Of a stretch of DNA of 64,000 bases, positions 36,422 to 45,603 are shown one piece after another. The notes below the pieces were generated by a model. It made no database searches. It was not told the DNA's origin and saw nothing but the letters and a program-made list of their open reading frames with translations. The stretch lies in the IMG/VR virus record IMGVR_UViG_3300024352_000021, one strand, 5' to 3'. A program made the position numbers and the translations under genes. Numbering within the stretch: position 1 is the stretch's first letter; each line of letters begins with the position of its first letter. This stretch comes from an uncultured virus (IMG/VR IMGVR_UViG_3300024352_000021). Its lineage: Duplodnaviria > Heunggongvirae > Uroviricota > Caudoviricetes.

Positions 36422-38244
36422 TTTGCCTGATCCCAGCTATCTCCGACCTTAGCTTCGGCAAGCGGCGGAATATCACCTAACCACTTTTCTTCAGCATCCT
36501 CCATCACGGATTGGAGCTGGAGCGCCCATGTGTCTGCGTGTTCTTCAGCGACGAGCAAGATGATCTCGTCATGCACCACGCCGGCCAAGCGCACAACATC
36601 TTCCCCGTCTGCGTGAAGTAACGGCCACAATTTGCCGAGAGTAAGTTTGAGGACTGCTGCACCAGCCCCTTGGATTGGTGTATTACAGCGCGTGGTGAGT
36701 TTGTTGTTCTCGCCCGGTAGAAACCGCCGCAAGCCCGAGATGCGTATGCGGATAGATGGATTGTCCTTAGCCGCATCAGCATCGCGAGCATTTTTGCGCT
36801 GCCATGCGGAGATGCCTTTATATGCAGCGTGGAACTTTTCCCGCACTTCCGCAGCCTCAGCAAGATCCATCTGGATTCCAGTCGCTGCCGCATAGTTCCT
36901 GAGCCCTTTTGCGCCACTTCCATAGAGCAATCCGAAGTTTGCCGACTTACTGATCTGGCGCTGTTCCTTTGTAACTTCATCCTCCGCGACCCCATAAATC
37001 TGCGTCGCCGTAATCGTATGGAGGTCTTTCCCCTGCTGGAACACCTGAGTCATAAGAGAATCCTTAGCTTCAGCCGCCGCCAACCTCAACTCCATCTGCC
37101 CATAGTCCGCCACCACAAACTTCCACCCTTCTGGCGCCTGAACACAAGCCCTAAATCGCTGATCCCTCGGAATCTGTTGCAAGTTGGGACTCATGCAACT
37201 CATCCTTCCTGTATCAGCCCCCATCTGCATGTAACTGGCACGAATAAACCCATCCTTCGCCAGATTCTTCAACAATGTTTCAGCCATCTGCCGCTTCTTT
37301 TCAACTTTCTTCCAGCGCAGATAGTCAGCAACAATCCTGTGATCGCCCACATATTCCTGGAGCGCCATGCGACTGGCACTGGGCTTCCCGTTCTTGGCAT
37401 CAATCGGCGCCTCACCCAACAACGCAGTGAATTTTTTCAACAACTGCGCAGGACTATTGAGGTTAAACACATCGGGATCTACTTTTTTACCCTTCGGACC
37501 AGGCTTTGTCTGGTACAGCAACTTGCCATCAATACCACGGCAAAGTTTGTGACCGTCCGGCAAAGCGGCATCAAAATCCTCAATAAACTTTTCACCTACC
37601 TCGTAGTGCTCAATATCCAAATCCTCGATCAGCTGTTTTAAGTCTTTCTCGTTAAACGGCAAACCTGTACGCCACAACTGCGCCATCGCCGGCAACGCAT
37701 TGCACTCCAAGTACCAAGCTGGGTGGAGCGCAGCTGTCGCCATCCGCTGCTGGATCTGATCAAACAAATCCAACAACACCAACACATCCTTAGCCGCATA
37801 CTCCAGCTGGCTTTCGGTCAACTCACCCGACCAATCACTTTTTTGCTCTTCCTTAGAAATATCCTCGTGCAGGTAACGCTTTACCAAGTGCTGGAGCCCG
37901 TGCTTCACATTGGGCATCCCGTTAGTAAGAATCCGACTGGCCAGCATGGTGCATAGCACTTTGCCCGCCGGATAAATCTCGTGCTCCTGTAGCCAGCCAA
38001 GATCAAAAACAGCATTGTGCGCCACCCACGTGCGCTCCACGGTGAAAAATTCCTCAACAACGATCCAGTCGTTGTCATCCAAATCAAAGCAGTCGAGCAC
38101 CACAGGCGGTTTGCCTGGGGCACCCAACTGCAATAACCGCATCCCGCCCATCTTTGGCTGGAGCTGCGTTGTCTCCGAGTCAAACGCGATCAGCCGTTCA
38201 TCATCGAGCGTGTGGAGGTGCTCGATACCGAGAAGAAAGTCCAA
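36418..38244 (-). CDS. polA: Family A DNA polymerase with 3'-5' exonuclease
   Basis: FDSET, HNAVFD, YAAKD exonuclease motifs; ADYGQMELR, KSANFGLLYG, VHDE polymerase motifs. Confidence 0.95.
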   Translation of the reverse strand: MDFLLGIEHLHTLDDERLIAFDSETTQLQPKMGGMRLLQLGAPGKPPVVLDCFDLDDNDWIVVEEFFTVERTWVAHNAVFDLGWLQEHEIYPAGKVLCTMLASRILTNGMPNVKHGLQHLVKRYLHEDISKEEQKSDWSGELTESQLEYAAKDVLVLLDLFDQIQQRMATAALHPAWYLECNALPAMAQLWRTGLPFNEKDLKQLIEDLDIEHYEVGEKFIEDFDAALPDGHKLCRGIDGKLLYQTKPGPKGKKVDPDVFNLNSPAQLLKKFTALLGEAPIDAKNGKPSASRMALQEYVGDHRIVADYLRWKKVEKKRQMAETLLKNLAKDGFIRASYMQMGADTGRMSCMSPNLQQIPRDQRFRACVQAPEGWKFVVADYGQMELRLAAAEAKDSLMTQVFQQGKDLHTITATQIYGVAEDEVTKEQRQISKSANFGLLYGSGAKGLRNYAAATGIQMDLAEAAEVREKFHAAYKGISAWQRKNARDADAAKDNPSIRIRISGLRRFLPGENNKLTTRCNTPIQGAGAAVLKLTLGKLWPLLHADGEDVVRLAGVVHDEIILLVAEEHADTWALQLQSVMEDAEEKWLGDIPPLAEAKVGDSWDQAK

Positions 38245-38269
38245 GCCTGGTAGGGCAACTTGTACCCTA

Positions 38270-38548
38270 CTACTCTAGCAGGCTGTCAACCTCCCGTGCC
38301 GAGCACAGCACCGCCGCCGCGAGTGTCCCACCCTCGGGAAGTCCCAGCAAACACCGCTTTCCCCAATGAACGCAGTGCTTGCAAGGCCCCCCATCCTCCT
38401 GGGGCTTGTAACTCTGGCGCAACCGATCCATCCGAGTCTCCTCAAGCCCAGCCGGACTGGAGCGATAACACCTCATACACATGACCGGGTTCGTCGTGTG
38501 TTTGCCACACTGTTGGCACGGCCTGCTGTTAATAGTGACTGCCATCAC
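38270..38548 (-). CDS. Cys-rich hypothetical protein
   Basis: Several CxxC pairs. Confidence 0.6.
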   Translation of the reverse strand: MMAVTINSRPCQQCGKHTTNPVMCMRCYRSSPAGLEETRMDRLRQSYKPQEDGGPCKHCVHWGKRCLLGLPEGGTLAAAVLCSAREVDSLLE

Positions 38549-39015
38549 TCAGAAAAAAGAGAACACTCGGTAAAAAATCCAGCCTCACCAGCTTCAGGAA
38601 TATCAAAACCGCACGTGTCTCTATGCCAGTGCTTGCATTTGACACAACCGTTTCCTTGCTGCTGGCGCTGCTTCAATCGACGGCGCGGGATCTCAGGACA
38701 GACATCTTTATACGTCCGTCCTGTCCGAATTGAATGAATTGACTGGCGCGATATACCTAAGGCATTAGCCAAGGTGTGGTCAAACCGCCAATCCTCCAAA
38801 ATCATTTTTACTTCTTTCGGTGTCATCCTGCGACGGTTGTTGGGCATATCCCGCAGAGACACTTGCACCTCTTTCTTGGCAACACGGTCAAAGTAAACAT
38901 TCCACCTGTGCCCACAACATTTGCACTTCAGCCTGTAGGTGTACAGGTTTGGCTTATGTTTCCACTGATGAGTGTTGGTGATTCGTCTGAAAGTGTGAGT
39001 GCAATGGTTAGCCAT
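38545..39015 (-). CDS. Zn-finger/HTH protein
   Basis: CxxC pairs plus LANALGISRQSIHSIRTG HTH-like segment. Confidence 0.6.
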   Translation of the reverse strand: MANHCTHTFRRITNTHQWKHKPNLYTYRLKCKCCGHRWNVYFDRVAKKEVQVSLRDMPNNRRRMTPKEVKMILEDWRFDHTLANALGISRQSIHSIRTGRTYKDVCPEIPRRRLKQRQQQGNGCVKCKHWHRDTCGFDIPEAGEAGFFTECSLFSE

Positions 39016-39202
39016 TCCAGTGCCTGATAACTCCTGCGCAAATGAAAATGTTTGTGATCATGTAAGCCGCCAAGATACAAAAGCGCACCAGTGCAACCTG
39101 ATCAGCAATCCGGTCGTGCTGGTGCGCCTTTTCTCCCAGGGCCTTGGCGACAACTCGCCACCAGTGTTTAAACGAGTTCGCCATCCTCCAGCTCAGATGC
39201 AA
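39008..39202 (-). CDS. Small membrane protein
   Basis: WRVVAKALGEKA..hydrophobic..GVIRHW. Confidence 0.6.
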   Translation of the reverse strand: MHLSWRMANSFKHWWRVVAKALGEKAHQHDRIADQVALVRFCILAAYMITNIFICAGVIRHWNG

Positions 39203-39395
39203 TAGCCAAAAGGCACGTGCGAATCAGAGCGCGGTTGTTGTGCTGGCGAACAGGTTGCCACCAACGTGGCTCCGGTTCAGTTGGCCACAGACTGTCGGCT
39301 AAAAGTCGGAGAGTACCGGCCAATCCGTCTTCAACAGTCGGTGCTTCGTCGTATGCCATGAGAATGGCGACGGCTAAAGCTTTAGCGCTTGTCAT
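39168..39395 (-). CDS. Hypothetical protein, distant member of the '..LAIASELE' paralog family
   Basis: Ends resemble 43718-43951. Confidence 0.55.
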   Translation of the reverse strand: MTSAKALAVAILMAYDEAPTVEDGLAGTLRLLADSLWPTEPEPRWWQPVRQHNNRALIRTCLLAIASELEDGELV

Positions 39396-39631
39396 TCCCG
39401 GTACGCCTCCATAGCCAAGGTATTGATGAGGCGGTTCAGATACCAGCGAGCCTTACAAAAATCCTCATACGGATCCTTCTTCAGCCACGCCCGACTGATG
39501 TACTTAATGACCTGCCAATGCAAGCCACCAACAATCGGGTCAGGTGCGTGCCGTACCCAATCTTCGATCACATCAATGACTTCAACCTTCCCAGCCGTGT
39601 AATGACTGGGGTGACTCACGTTGTCGTTCAT
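39392..39631 (-). CDS. DUF3310 family protein
   Basis: DNVSHPSHY..EVIDVIE..KYISR..EDFCKARWYL. Confidence 0.8.
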   Translation of the reverse strand: MNDNVSHPSHYTAGKVEVIDVIEDWVRHAPDPIVGGLHWQVIKYISRAWLKKDPYEDFCKARWYLNRLINTLAMEAYRE

Positions 39632-40140
39632 CCTTTTGACGCCTGAACAGCTTTGTCGCCTTGGTATCTCCCAGTGTGGGAGTAGTCCTTGCTGGGCAGC
39701 ATCGTCATCCGATGAAACACAATCTGCGCAATCCGCATCCCAGGCCACAAAGCAACCGGATGCATGGAACGCGCATTTTGCAGTTCCAGCGTTAGCCTCC
39801 CGCAGTAGCCAGGGTCGATATACCCAGCAAGCAAATGCTCGATACCTTCCCTAGCCCGACTGGATTTGAGCGCCAGTTGCCCAGCAATACAGTCGGGCAG
39901 CTTGAACTCCTCCAGCGTTTCAGAGAGGATAAATTCATGCGGATGGAGCATGAAAGGTTTTTCTGCCGTGTGCCCAGCAATGGAGTAAGGGACCAAAGTC
40001 GGAGAACTCGGTATTTCAACCAGTAAGTTTTTACCTAAGCGCACATCTAGCGAAGCAGGATTCACTAAATCCGCGTCAAAAGGCGTAACTAGCCCTCGTC
40101 TAGCCAGAGTGAAGATGTCGATGTCGGCAAGAATAGCCAT
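39628..40140 (-). CDS. dcd: dCTP deaminase
   Basis: VNPASLDVRLG, KSSRAREG, GYIDPGY.G.LTLE, RIAQIVF, YQG. Confidence 0.9.
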   Translation of the reverse strand: MAILADIDIFTLARRGLVTPFDADLVNPASLDVRLGKNLLVEIPSSPTLVPYSIAGHTAEKPFMLHPHEFILSETLEEFKLPDCIAGQLALKSSRAREGIEHLLAGYIDPGYCGRLTLELQNARSMHPVALWPGMRIAQIVFHRMTMLPSKDYSHTGRYQGDKAVQASKG

Positions 40141-40142
40141 AG

Positions 40143-40613
40143 CTACACATGCTCCCAAGCAACACCACTCACAGCCTTACCAAGAGTGCCCTTTCGGACA
40201 CCTAAGTCCTTAGCCATGTTGGATAGCGAGCACCCATTACGTTTGTGGCGAGTACCTGGCTCATACAACGCTCTGGCACACAAGACCTGTTCTTCACTAA
40301 GTTTTGCTTGATTGTTGCGTGATCCAGACTTGGCTTGCTCCTTAGAAGTTTGCCACGCGCAGTTTCCCGGTTCGTAATTGCCCTTGTCGCCAAAGCGCCC
40401 CAAGGTAGTTCCTGCAGGACGTTCGCCCATATCGGCAAGGAAGTTCTCAAATGAGTCCCACCTTGGACAGACGCGAACGCCAGCGCCACCGTAATTTTTG
40501 TACCCAGTAACTCCGGGTTTTTGGCAGCGCTGGCGCATTGCAACCCACGACTTATAGGTCGGCGTTTGGCCGGTTCTAGTCGCGTGTCCGTGCTGTAGTT
40601 CAGCCGCCATCAC
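40143..40613 (-). CDS. HNH-like homing endonuclease
   Basis: TYKSWVAMRQRC, YGG.G..VC.RW..FENFLADMG, NYEPGNC. Confidence 0.8.
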   Translation of the reverse strand: MMAAELQHGHATRTGQTPTYKSWVAMRQRCQKPGVTGYKNYGGAGVRVCPRWDSFENFLADMGERPAGTTLGRFGDKGNYEPGNCAWQTSKEQAKSGSRNNQAKLSEEQVLCARALYEPGTRHKRNGCSLSNMAKDLGVRKGTLGKAVSGVAWEHV

Positions 40614-41011
40614 GCCGCAACCTCAGCGGTCTCTTGCTGGATCGAGACGTGCTTCCAAGTTTTCCCCCATTTGATGCAATTCACCGTTGTGGAGTGCACG
40701 CCAAACTCCTTAGCGATCTTGGCCACCGACTTACCACCAGCAGCCAACTGGCGCTTAATTTCCAGCACCTTCGCCTCATCCAGCACCGACACACCCCGCT
40801 TTCCTTTGCCCTTGTGGCTGGACTTACGAGTCTTAGTTTGAGACTTCGCTTGGGCGCGAACGATCTTCTCGCCAGCAGGCAGTGGGATGGTCTGCTTGGG
40901 GTTAGTCAGATCCAGCGCTACGTGCTGGCAAGTGTCCAGAGCAAAGCGGGCAGCATCAAGCGCCTTATTGATCTGATCGAATTGAGCTTCAGAAAGGATG
41001 TACATGTTCAT
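40610..41011 (-). CDS. HTH DNA-binding protein
   Basis: SVAKIAKEFGVHSTTVNCIK; sigma70-like TTGACA-N17-TACTAC upstream. Confidence 0.65.
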   Translation of the reverse strand: MNMYILSEAQFDQINKALDAARFALDTCQHVALDLTNPKQTIPLPAGEKIVRAQAKSQTKTRKSSHKGKGKRGVSVLDEAKVLEIKRQLAAGGKSVAKIAKEFGVHSTTVNCIKWGKTWKHVSIQQETAEVAA

Positions 41012-41103
41012 CCGGTGGAACGGGTGCAGTGTAGTAGGGAAGAGCGGGTCTGTGTCAACTCCTAATTAGGCGGAAATTAGGAGATGCTTAGGAGTTGATC
41101 GGA

Positions 41104-41370
41104 CTACTGGGCTTCAAGCTGCTCTGCAGTCAGCGCGTCCAATTCGTCAGCAGCAGCGTAAATGTCGTCAACGTCAATTACCAAGCTGTACCAACCTTCA
41201 TCGCCCCCGGTCACCTCGTAAGCGTTACCCCCGACTAAACCACGAAGCGCAGAGGCAATTAGCGGGGCCACTTCAAGGGCAAACCCCGGCAGCCCTTCTG
41301 GTGGTACGTCGTACTTTTTCAGTGTTACGGCCTGCAGAACTGCTCTAGCAACGGGTGAAAGTTCTTTCAT
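41104..41370 (-). CDS. Hypothetical protein, 'LSP..AVL..LEAQ' paralog family
   Basis: Shares N- and C-termini with 43718-43951. Confidence 0.65.
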   Translation of the reverse strand: MKELSPVARAVLQAVTLKKYDVPPEGLPGFALEVAPLIASALRGLVGGNAYEVTGGDEGWYSLVIDVDDIYAAADELDALTAEQLEAQ

Positions 41371-41391
41371 GAGGAAGAGAAGTGATGTTGA

Positions 41392-41730
41392 CTAATCGGG
41401 CAGGGATTCCAGAGCGTGGCGAAGAGCGTCTATCTCGTCAGGCGTTAAATCACCACTCGGCCCGAAGACCTGCAAAGCAGCTAGCGCTTTGTCCCTCAAG
41501 CTCGGCGGCTTGGGGCGGCGGGCAAAAAGAAGCTCATCGGATTCATGGCGCGAATGTCTCCAGCTCACCCACTCTTTGCACGCCTCCAGCTCCTGATCAG
41601 CGCCCCAGCGGGCGGCTTGGGTAGCAATGAAAGTTACAAGTCCTTCGTGTTTAACCTTGGCATCAATCCAAGCTTCGTTCCATTGATCTACTAGTTCTTC
41701 TGGCGGAGTAATTGGGTGTTCTTGAGTCAT
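41392..41730 (-). CDS. Hypothetical protein, 'ITPP..WGADQELEAC..RRPKPPSL' paralog family
   Basis: Paralogs at 43944 and 45092. Confidence 0.75.
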   Translation of the reverse strand: MTQEHPITPPEELVDQWNEAWIDAKVKHEGLVTFIATQAARWGADQELEACKEWVSWRHSRHESDELLFARRPKPPSLRDKALAALQVFGPSGDLTPDEIDALRHALESLPD

Positions 41731-41754
41731 TGTTGAACCTCGTAGTGTGTAGAA

Positions 41755-42946
41755 CTAGCCGTTCTCCAGTTCAAGCTTGATCGCAGCCTGGAAATACCCA
41801 GCCACTTTCAACCGGCGGTAGGCAGGACCAGCCTCCTCGGACTGCTTGTTCTCGATGTTTTCGTACTCATGGCGTGCTTCCTGGAGCGCTGCCATGGTGT
41901 CGATATTGAGCATGTGCAGCTCGGTATCTGACAACTCCGAGAGCTTGTCCAAGTAAACCGTCCGCCCGTTCAGCAGATACGAGCGGTAGAACGGCACCAT
42001 TGAATTTTCAGTCATCAGCCGAAATAAAGTTTGCGTCGTTCATCGACCCAGGCATCGTAAGCAGCCCGGTCGGAGAACATGTGCTTGAACACGTCAGGCA
42101 CTTCCGTACTGGTACGCCGAGGCTGCCGGCGCAGCTCGTGCATATCGTGCCAGTTGTAGCCGCGTGACTGCCTGTAGTAGTCCTCGTGTGCGTCGTAATT
42201 CATGCAAAAAAATTGGGATCTTGCTGCCTCAACCGGGTGAGATCCGTGAGTCTCAACTTGAGAATCTCGTGGATGGCCAGGTTGGCTAAGCGGGTGGAGC
42301 TGATGGTGTCGCTGGTGGCGAACACGTAGATGAGGTGGCGATAAAGCTGGGTCAAGGTGCGAACCCGGACCCAGTGCGTATCCCCCGGAATGGGCTCTAG
42401 ACCTACTTCCCAGTCGTCGTAGTCGTCCTGGTTACGTAGGTCACGAGCTTCAGACGTCCCAATCAGACGTGTCGAGTGGAGTCCAGTCGTCGACCCGATC
42501 TGTGAGCATGGCCCGGAGTTCGGCATCTGTCGCTGGAATCAAGTCTTCATCTGAAAAGTAGAGGGTGCCTCGGCACAGGGCAGGCCCCCACTCGGGCGGG
42601 TCGAGCTGCGTCTGCGCATAGACCAGAACCATGTCGTCAACAACGGCATCGACAACAAGATGGTCGCCTTCAAATCGCAGCTCCTCAATGCTTTGTACCT
42701 GGCTCATTTGACCTCCTGTGCAGCTTGGCCGGTGGTGAGGGCTTCCATGCGCTCGTCCCAGGTCATTTTCAGAAACTGTTCTAGGTCGAGCAGACGCTCC
42801 AGCTGGATCTCGTCGTAGCTGGTGGTGAATCCCCAGTCTTTGAACTGCTCGATCTTTTGCTCAAGCTGGATGCGAGCCCAGCTAACGGCGAAGTACCAAG
42901 GGCTGAGCTTGGAGCGGTCGAAGTGGACTTGAAGTGGATCTTGCAT
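41755..42946 (-). other. Five small hypothetical genes (41755-42015, 42015-42203, 42200-42526, 42450-42707, 42704-42946)
   Basis: Co-oriented overlapping ORFs below a sigma70-like promoter near 42990-43020. Confidence 0.6.
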
Positions 42947-43078
42947 TGTTAATCAGTAATGGAGGGCTCGCCGGGGCGGGCTTGCCCTTAGTGTTGCACA
43001 CAAACAGCCCAACCGCAAGGCCAGGCTGTTGCATCTCTTCACAATCGCATTGGTGGGCTGGTGCTGGCTACGCTTTCG

Positions 43079-43167
43079 TCCTAGACCTTTTTCGAGGATC
43101 TAGGCGGTACCGCAGAGGCAGGCTGCGGTAAGGCCAGTGGTGCGTGAGCCCTGGCCACCTGCCACCT
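43079..43167 (+). ncRNA. Candidate structured small RNA (three hairpins plus pseudoknot)
   Basis: Stems cctaga/tctagg, taccgcag/ctgcggta, ggccag/ctggcc; loop ggcagg complements the 3' cctgcc; TACGCT -10-like box just upstream. Confidence 0.5.
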
Positions 43168-43169
43168 AC

Positions 43170-43655
43170 TTAGGTGATCCAGTGATGCTCTAGCCGGTGT
43201 GCTAGAGCTTGTTGGTGGGCAATACAGGGCTGGTCGTAGACCCCTACATAGATCTTCTTTTTGGTCAGCGGGTGTTTGTATTGGGCTTCAAAGCGCCCGG
43301 ACCGCCTACGCCTGACGTACCGATACGGTATTTCACCCGTTACTCGGCAGTTTCGAGTGTTTACCGAAGGCGTAGCCCACCTCAGATTGGTTAGGAGGTT
43401 GTTGCTGCGGTCTCGATCAATGTGGTCGACGAGCGTACAGCCCTCCTGCGGAAAGATCCCGTTCAACAACAAAACCAGCCGATGGCACATGTAGTGCCTA
43501 CCTTGAAATTGCAATTTGTAGTAGCCACGAGGATCTCGGCTGCCAGCTGGTTGACCAGCAGAAATTGACCTGCCAGAAGCCTTAACCCAGCGAAGCCCAC
43601 TGGGTAAGGCTGGGTCTGTTTGCAGGTACTCGCGCAGAAGCTCAAGTTCAGTCAT
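43170..43655 (-). CDS. HNH homing endonuclease with AP2-like C-terminus
   Basis: HRLV..VDHIDRDRSNNLLTNLRWAT. Confidence 0.88.
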   Translation of the reverse strand: MTELELLREYLQTDPALPSGLRWVKASGRSISAGQPAGSRDPRGYYKLQFQGRHYMCHRLVLLLNGIFPQEGCTLVDHIDRDRSNNLLTNLRWATPSVNTRNCRVTGEIPYRYVRRRRSGRFEAQYKHPLTKKKIYVGVYDQPCIAHQQALAHRLEHHWIT

Positions 43656-43717
43656 GTAGCGCAGGGCAATGTTTTGCGTGAGGACCCACCACCGGCTACC
43701 CCTATTAACGAAGGTGA

Positions 43718-43951
43718 CTACTGGGCTTCAAGTTCGGCAGCAAGAACGAGGAATTTACGCCGAATACGAATCCACTGCTCACGACGCGCGTCGTCGTGTT
43801 CGTCGCCAACAGCGTTGACCATTTCTGGCACCACCTGATCCGCAGCAGCTCGCAGGGCGGCGGCGGCAATATGGTGCAAGTCTGTGGGGTGTATGCAGTC
43901 GTCTTCAACGGCATCCAGCACCGCCTGCGCGGCGGGTAATAGGTCAGTCAT
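43718..43951 (-). CDS. Hypothetical protein, 'LLP..AVL..LEAQ' paralog family
   Basis: MTDLLPAAQAVLDA..LAAELEAQ; coupled start. Confidence 0.7.
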   Translation of the reverse strand: MTDLLPAAQAVLDAVEDDCIHPTDLHHIAAAALRAAADQVVPEMVNAVGDEHDDARREQWIRIRRKFLVLAAELEAQ

Positions 43952-44276
43952 CGGGCAGAGCCTCCAGGGCGCGGCGGATGGTGTCTGCACCAAGTTGAGT
44001 AGAGCTGTTATTGAGAATGTGAGCTAACGCCTCTAACGCCTGCTCCTTCAAACTCGGCGGCTTTGGGCGGCGGGCGGACTGCAGAAAGTCGCGGGCGTTG
44101 TTATCAGAAAGTTCCAGGAGCGCACAGCACGCCTCCAGCTCCTGGTCCGCGCCCCATTGGGCGGCGCGGGTGGCAATGTCCTGCTCGTAATCTTGCCAGC
44201 GGGGGTCATGCCCCCCATCAGCTTCATTGATCCACTGCTGCACCAGCTCCGGCGGTGGGGTGACGGGGTGGGTCAT
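43944..44276 (-). CDS. Hypothetical protein, 'TPP..WGADQELEAC' paralog family
   Basis: Paralog of 41392 and 45092. Confidence 0.75.
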   Translation of the reverse strand: MTHPVTPPPELVQQWINEADGGHDPRWQDYEQDIATRAAQWGADQELEACCALLELSDNNARDFLQSARRPKPPSLKEQALEALAHILNNSSTQLGADTIRRALEALPDD

Positions 44277-44548
44277 TCTTCAACCTCATAACGCTTGCCG
44301 ATGGCAGCAGCCCAAGCCACCAGATCACTGGCACGCACCAGTTGCACTCCATCTTCAGGGCCATCAGCAACGCGCCAGTGGCATGAGGCAGTGTCCCTGA
44401 GAGCGCACTCGATGGCAGCCTTGGCGCCCCATGTTGCAGCCTTTGCGGCGATGTAGAGGGCCTTGTCGCAGTGGGCTGCACCGTTGGTGTCCCATTCGGC
44501 TTCCCATTGGCGGATGATTTTGGCGGTTGGGGAAATAAGGCGTGTCAT
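44273..44548 (-). CDS. Hypothetical protein, divergent 'TPP' family member
   Basis: ISPT..QW..AATWGA. Confidence 0.6.
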   Translation of the reverse strand: MTRLISPTAKIIRQWEAEWDTNGAAHCDKALYIAAKAATWGAKAAIECALRDTASCHWRVADGPEDGVQLVRASDLVAWAAAIGKRYEVEE

Positions 44549-45099
44549 TGATCGGCCTCCTCTTGCAGCAGCTCGGCAAGCTCTTCAAAAGGTGCAAGCC
44601 AATCATCGTCGCGTCTTCGGTCAATCAACCACGCCGCCACCTCACGGATCGCGGCGCGGGCTTCGGATGCCCAATTTACGGCCTCCTCATCCAGCTCCAA
44701 TCCGTACTCAACGCCGCTGATAGCAAGTGCTACCCGGCGCACCAACGAACCATCTGGTTTTGCCGGATAGTTGGAACTTGTAAGCGGTGCTGATGAGTTG
44801 GGCGTGAGCAGGTCAGCAATCTGCTGCGCTTGTTCTGGAGTCAGCTTCAGCGGCTCACTGATTTCGTGGACCTTTGACGCTGGGCGCTTGACGGACTCCA
44901 GCGCCTCGACTCGGCTGGCCAAGGCCAAAATGTTGGCACTGGTTTCGACGATATGCTTGTGAACTGCATCCTCCAGTAACTGGATCCTGTCGCGGAGTTC
45001 GAGAAGGCAAGCCGCAGTAGCCCACGTGACTTGGTGTTTTATACCGGCGCAAATGTGTACATGCTCCCACTGTTCGGGTGTTGCTTTGTAATCAGTCAT
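44545..45099 (-). CDS. Hypothetical modular protein
   Basis: Coupled ORF; coiled coil plus ARAAIREVAAWL module. Confidence 0.65.
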   Translation of the reverse strand: MTDYKATPEQWEHVHICAGIKHQVTWATAACLLELRDRIQLLEDAVHKHIVETSANILALASRVEALESVKRPASKVHEISEPLKLTPEQAQQIADLLTPNSSAPLTSSNYPAKPDGSLVRRVALAISGVEYGLELDEEAVNWASEARAAIREVAAWLIDRRRDDDWLAPFEELAELLQEEADQ

Positions 45100-45445
45100 C
45101 GAGTTGCTCCAGTGCGCGGCGGATGGTGGCGAAATCGTCGCTGTTGTCTGGGTTGTAGTTGCGACGCATGGCTTCCAGCGCCTGCTCCTTCAAGCTCGGT
45201 GCCTTGGGGCGGCGGGCGGCGCGGAGCGAAGGGATCAGTTCGGGATGTGTGGCCAGGTTTTGCCAGTGAAGCCACTCACAACACGCCTCCAGTTCCTGGT
45301 CGGCGCCCCATTGTGCGGCGCGTTCTACCAGCCGAAGCGTGATGGGGTGAAGGGGAACATCGAAGCCAAAACCGTCATCGCCGTAGATCTCGTTGACCCA
45401 CCTGGCAGCAAGCTCGGGCGGTGGGGTGATTGGATGCTGTGTCAT
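45092..45445 (-). CDS. Hypothetical protein, 'ITPP..WGADQELEAC' paralog family
   Basis: Paralog of 41392 and 43944. Confidence 0.75.
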   Translation of the reverse strand: MTQHPITPPPELAARWVNEIYGDDGFGFDVPLHPITLRLVERAAQWGADQELEACCEWLHWQNLATHPELIPSLRAARRPKAPSLKEQALEAMRRNYNPDNSDDFATIRRALEQLDD

Positions 45446-45603
45446 TACATAAAAATTTTTACGTTAGGTACGAAAGCTAGTCGTACCAGTGGATTTGGGG
45501 TGAGGGGCGTACAAAGGTTTATGGGCGAGTCGCGTTTAATGCAGCCCCGACCGAGCTGCACCCCTCGTGCCCGATGCGAACGAGGCGCAGAGCGGGAACC
45601 CTT

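Noticed and set aside
36418..40140. Modified-base system (e.g. Z-genome)
   Set aside because: No PurZ, dATPase or base-modifying transferase recognised; dcd and DUF3310 alone are not enough.
43051..43167. tRNA gene
   Set aside because: No D-arm/TTCGA T-arm pattern, acceptor stem or CCA; kept as an unassigned ncRNA candidate.
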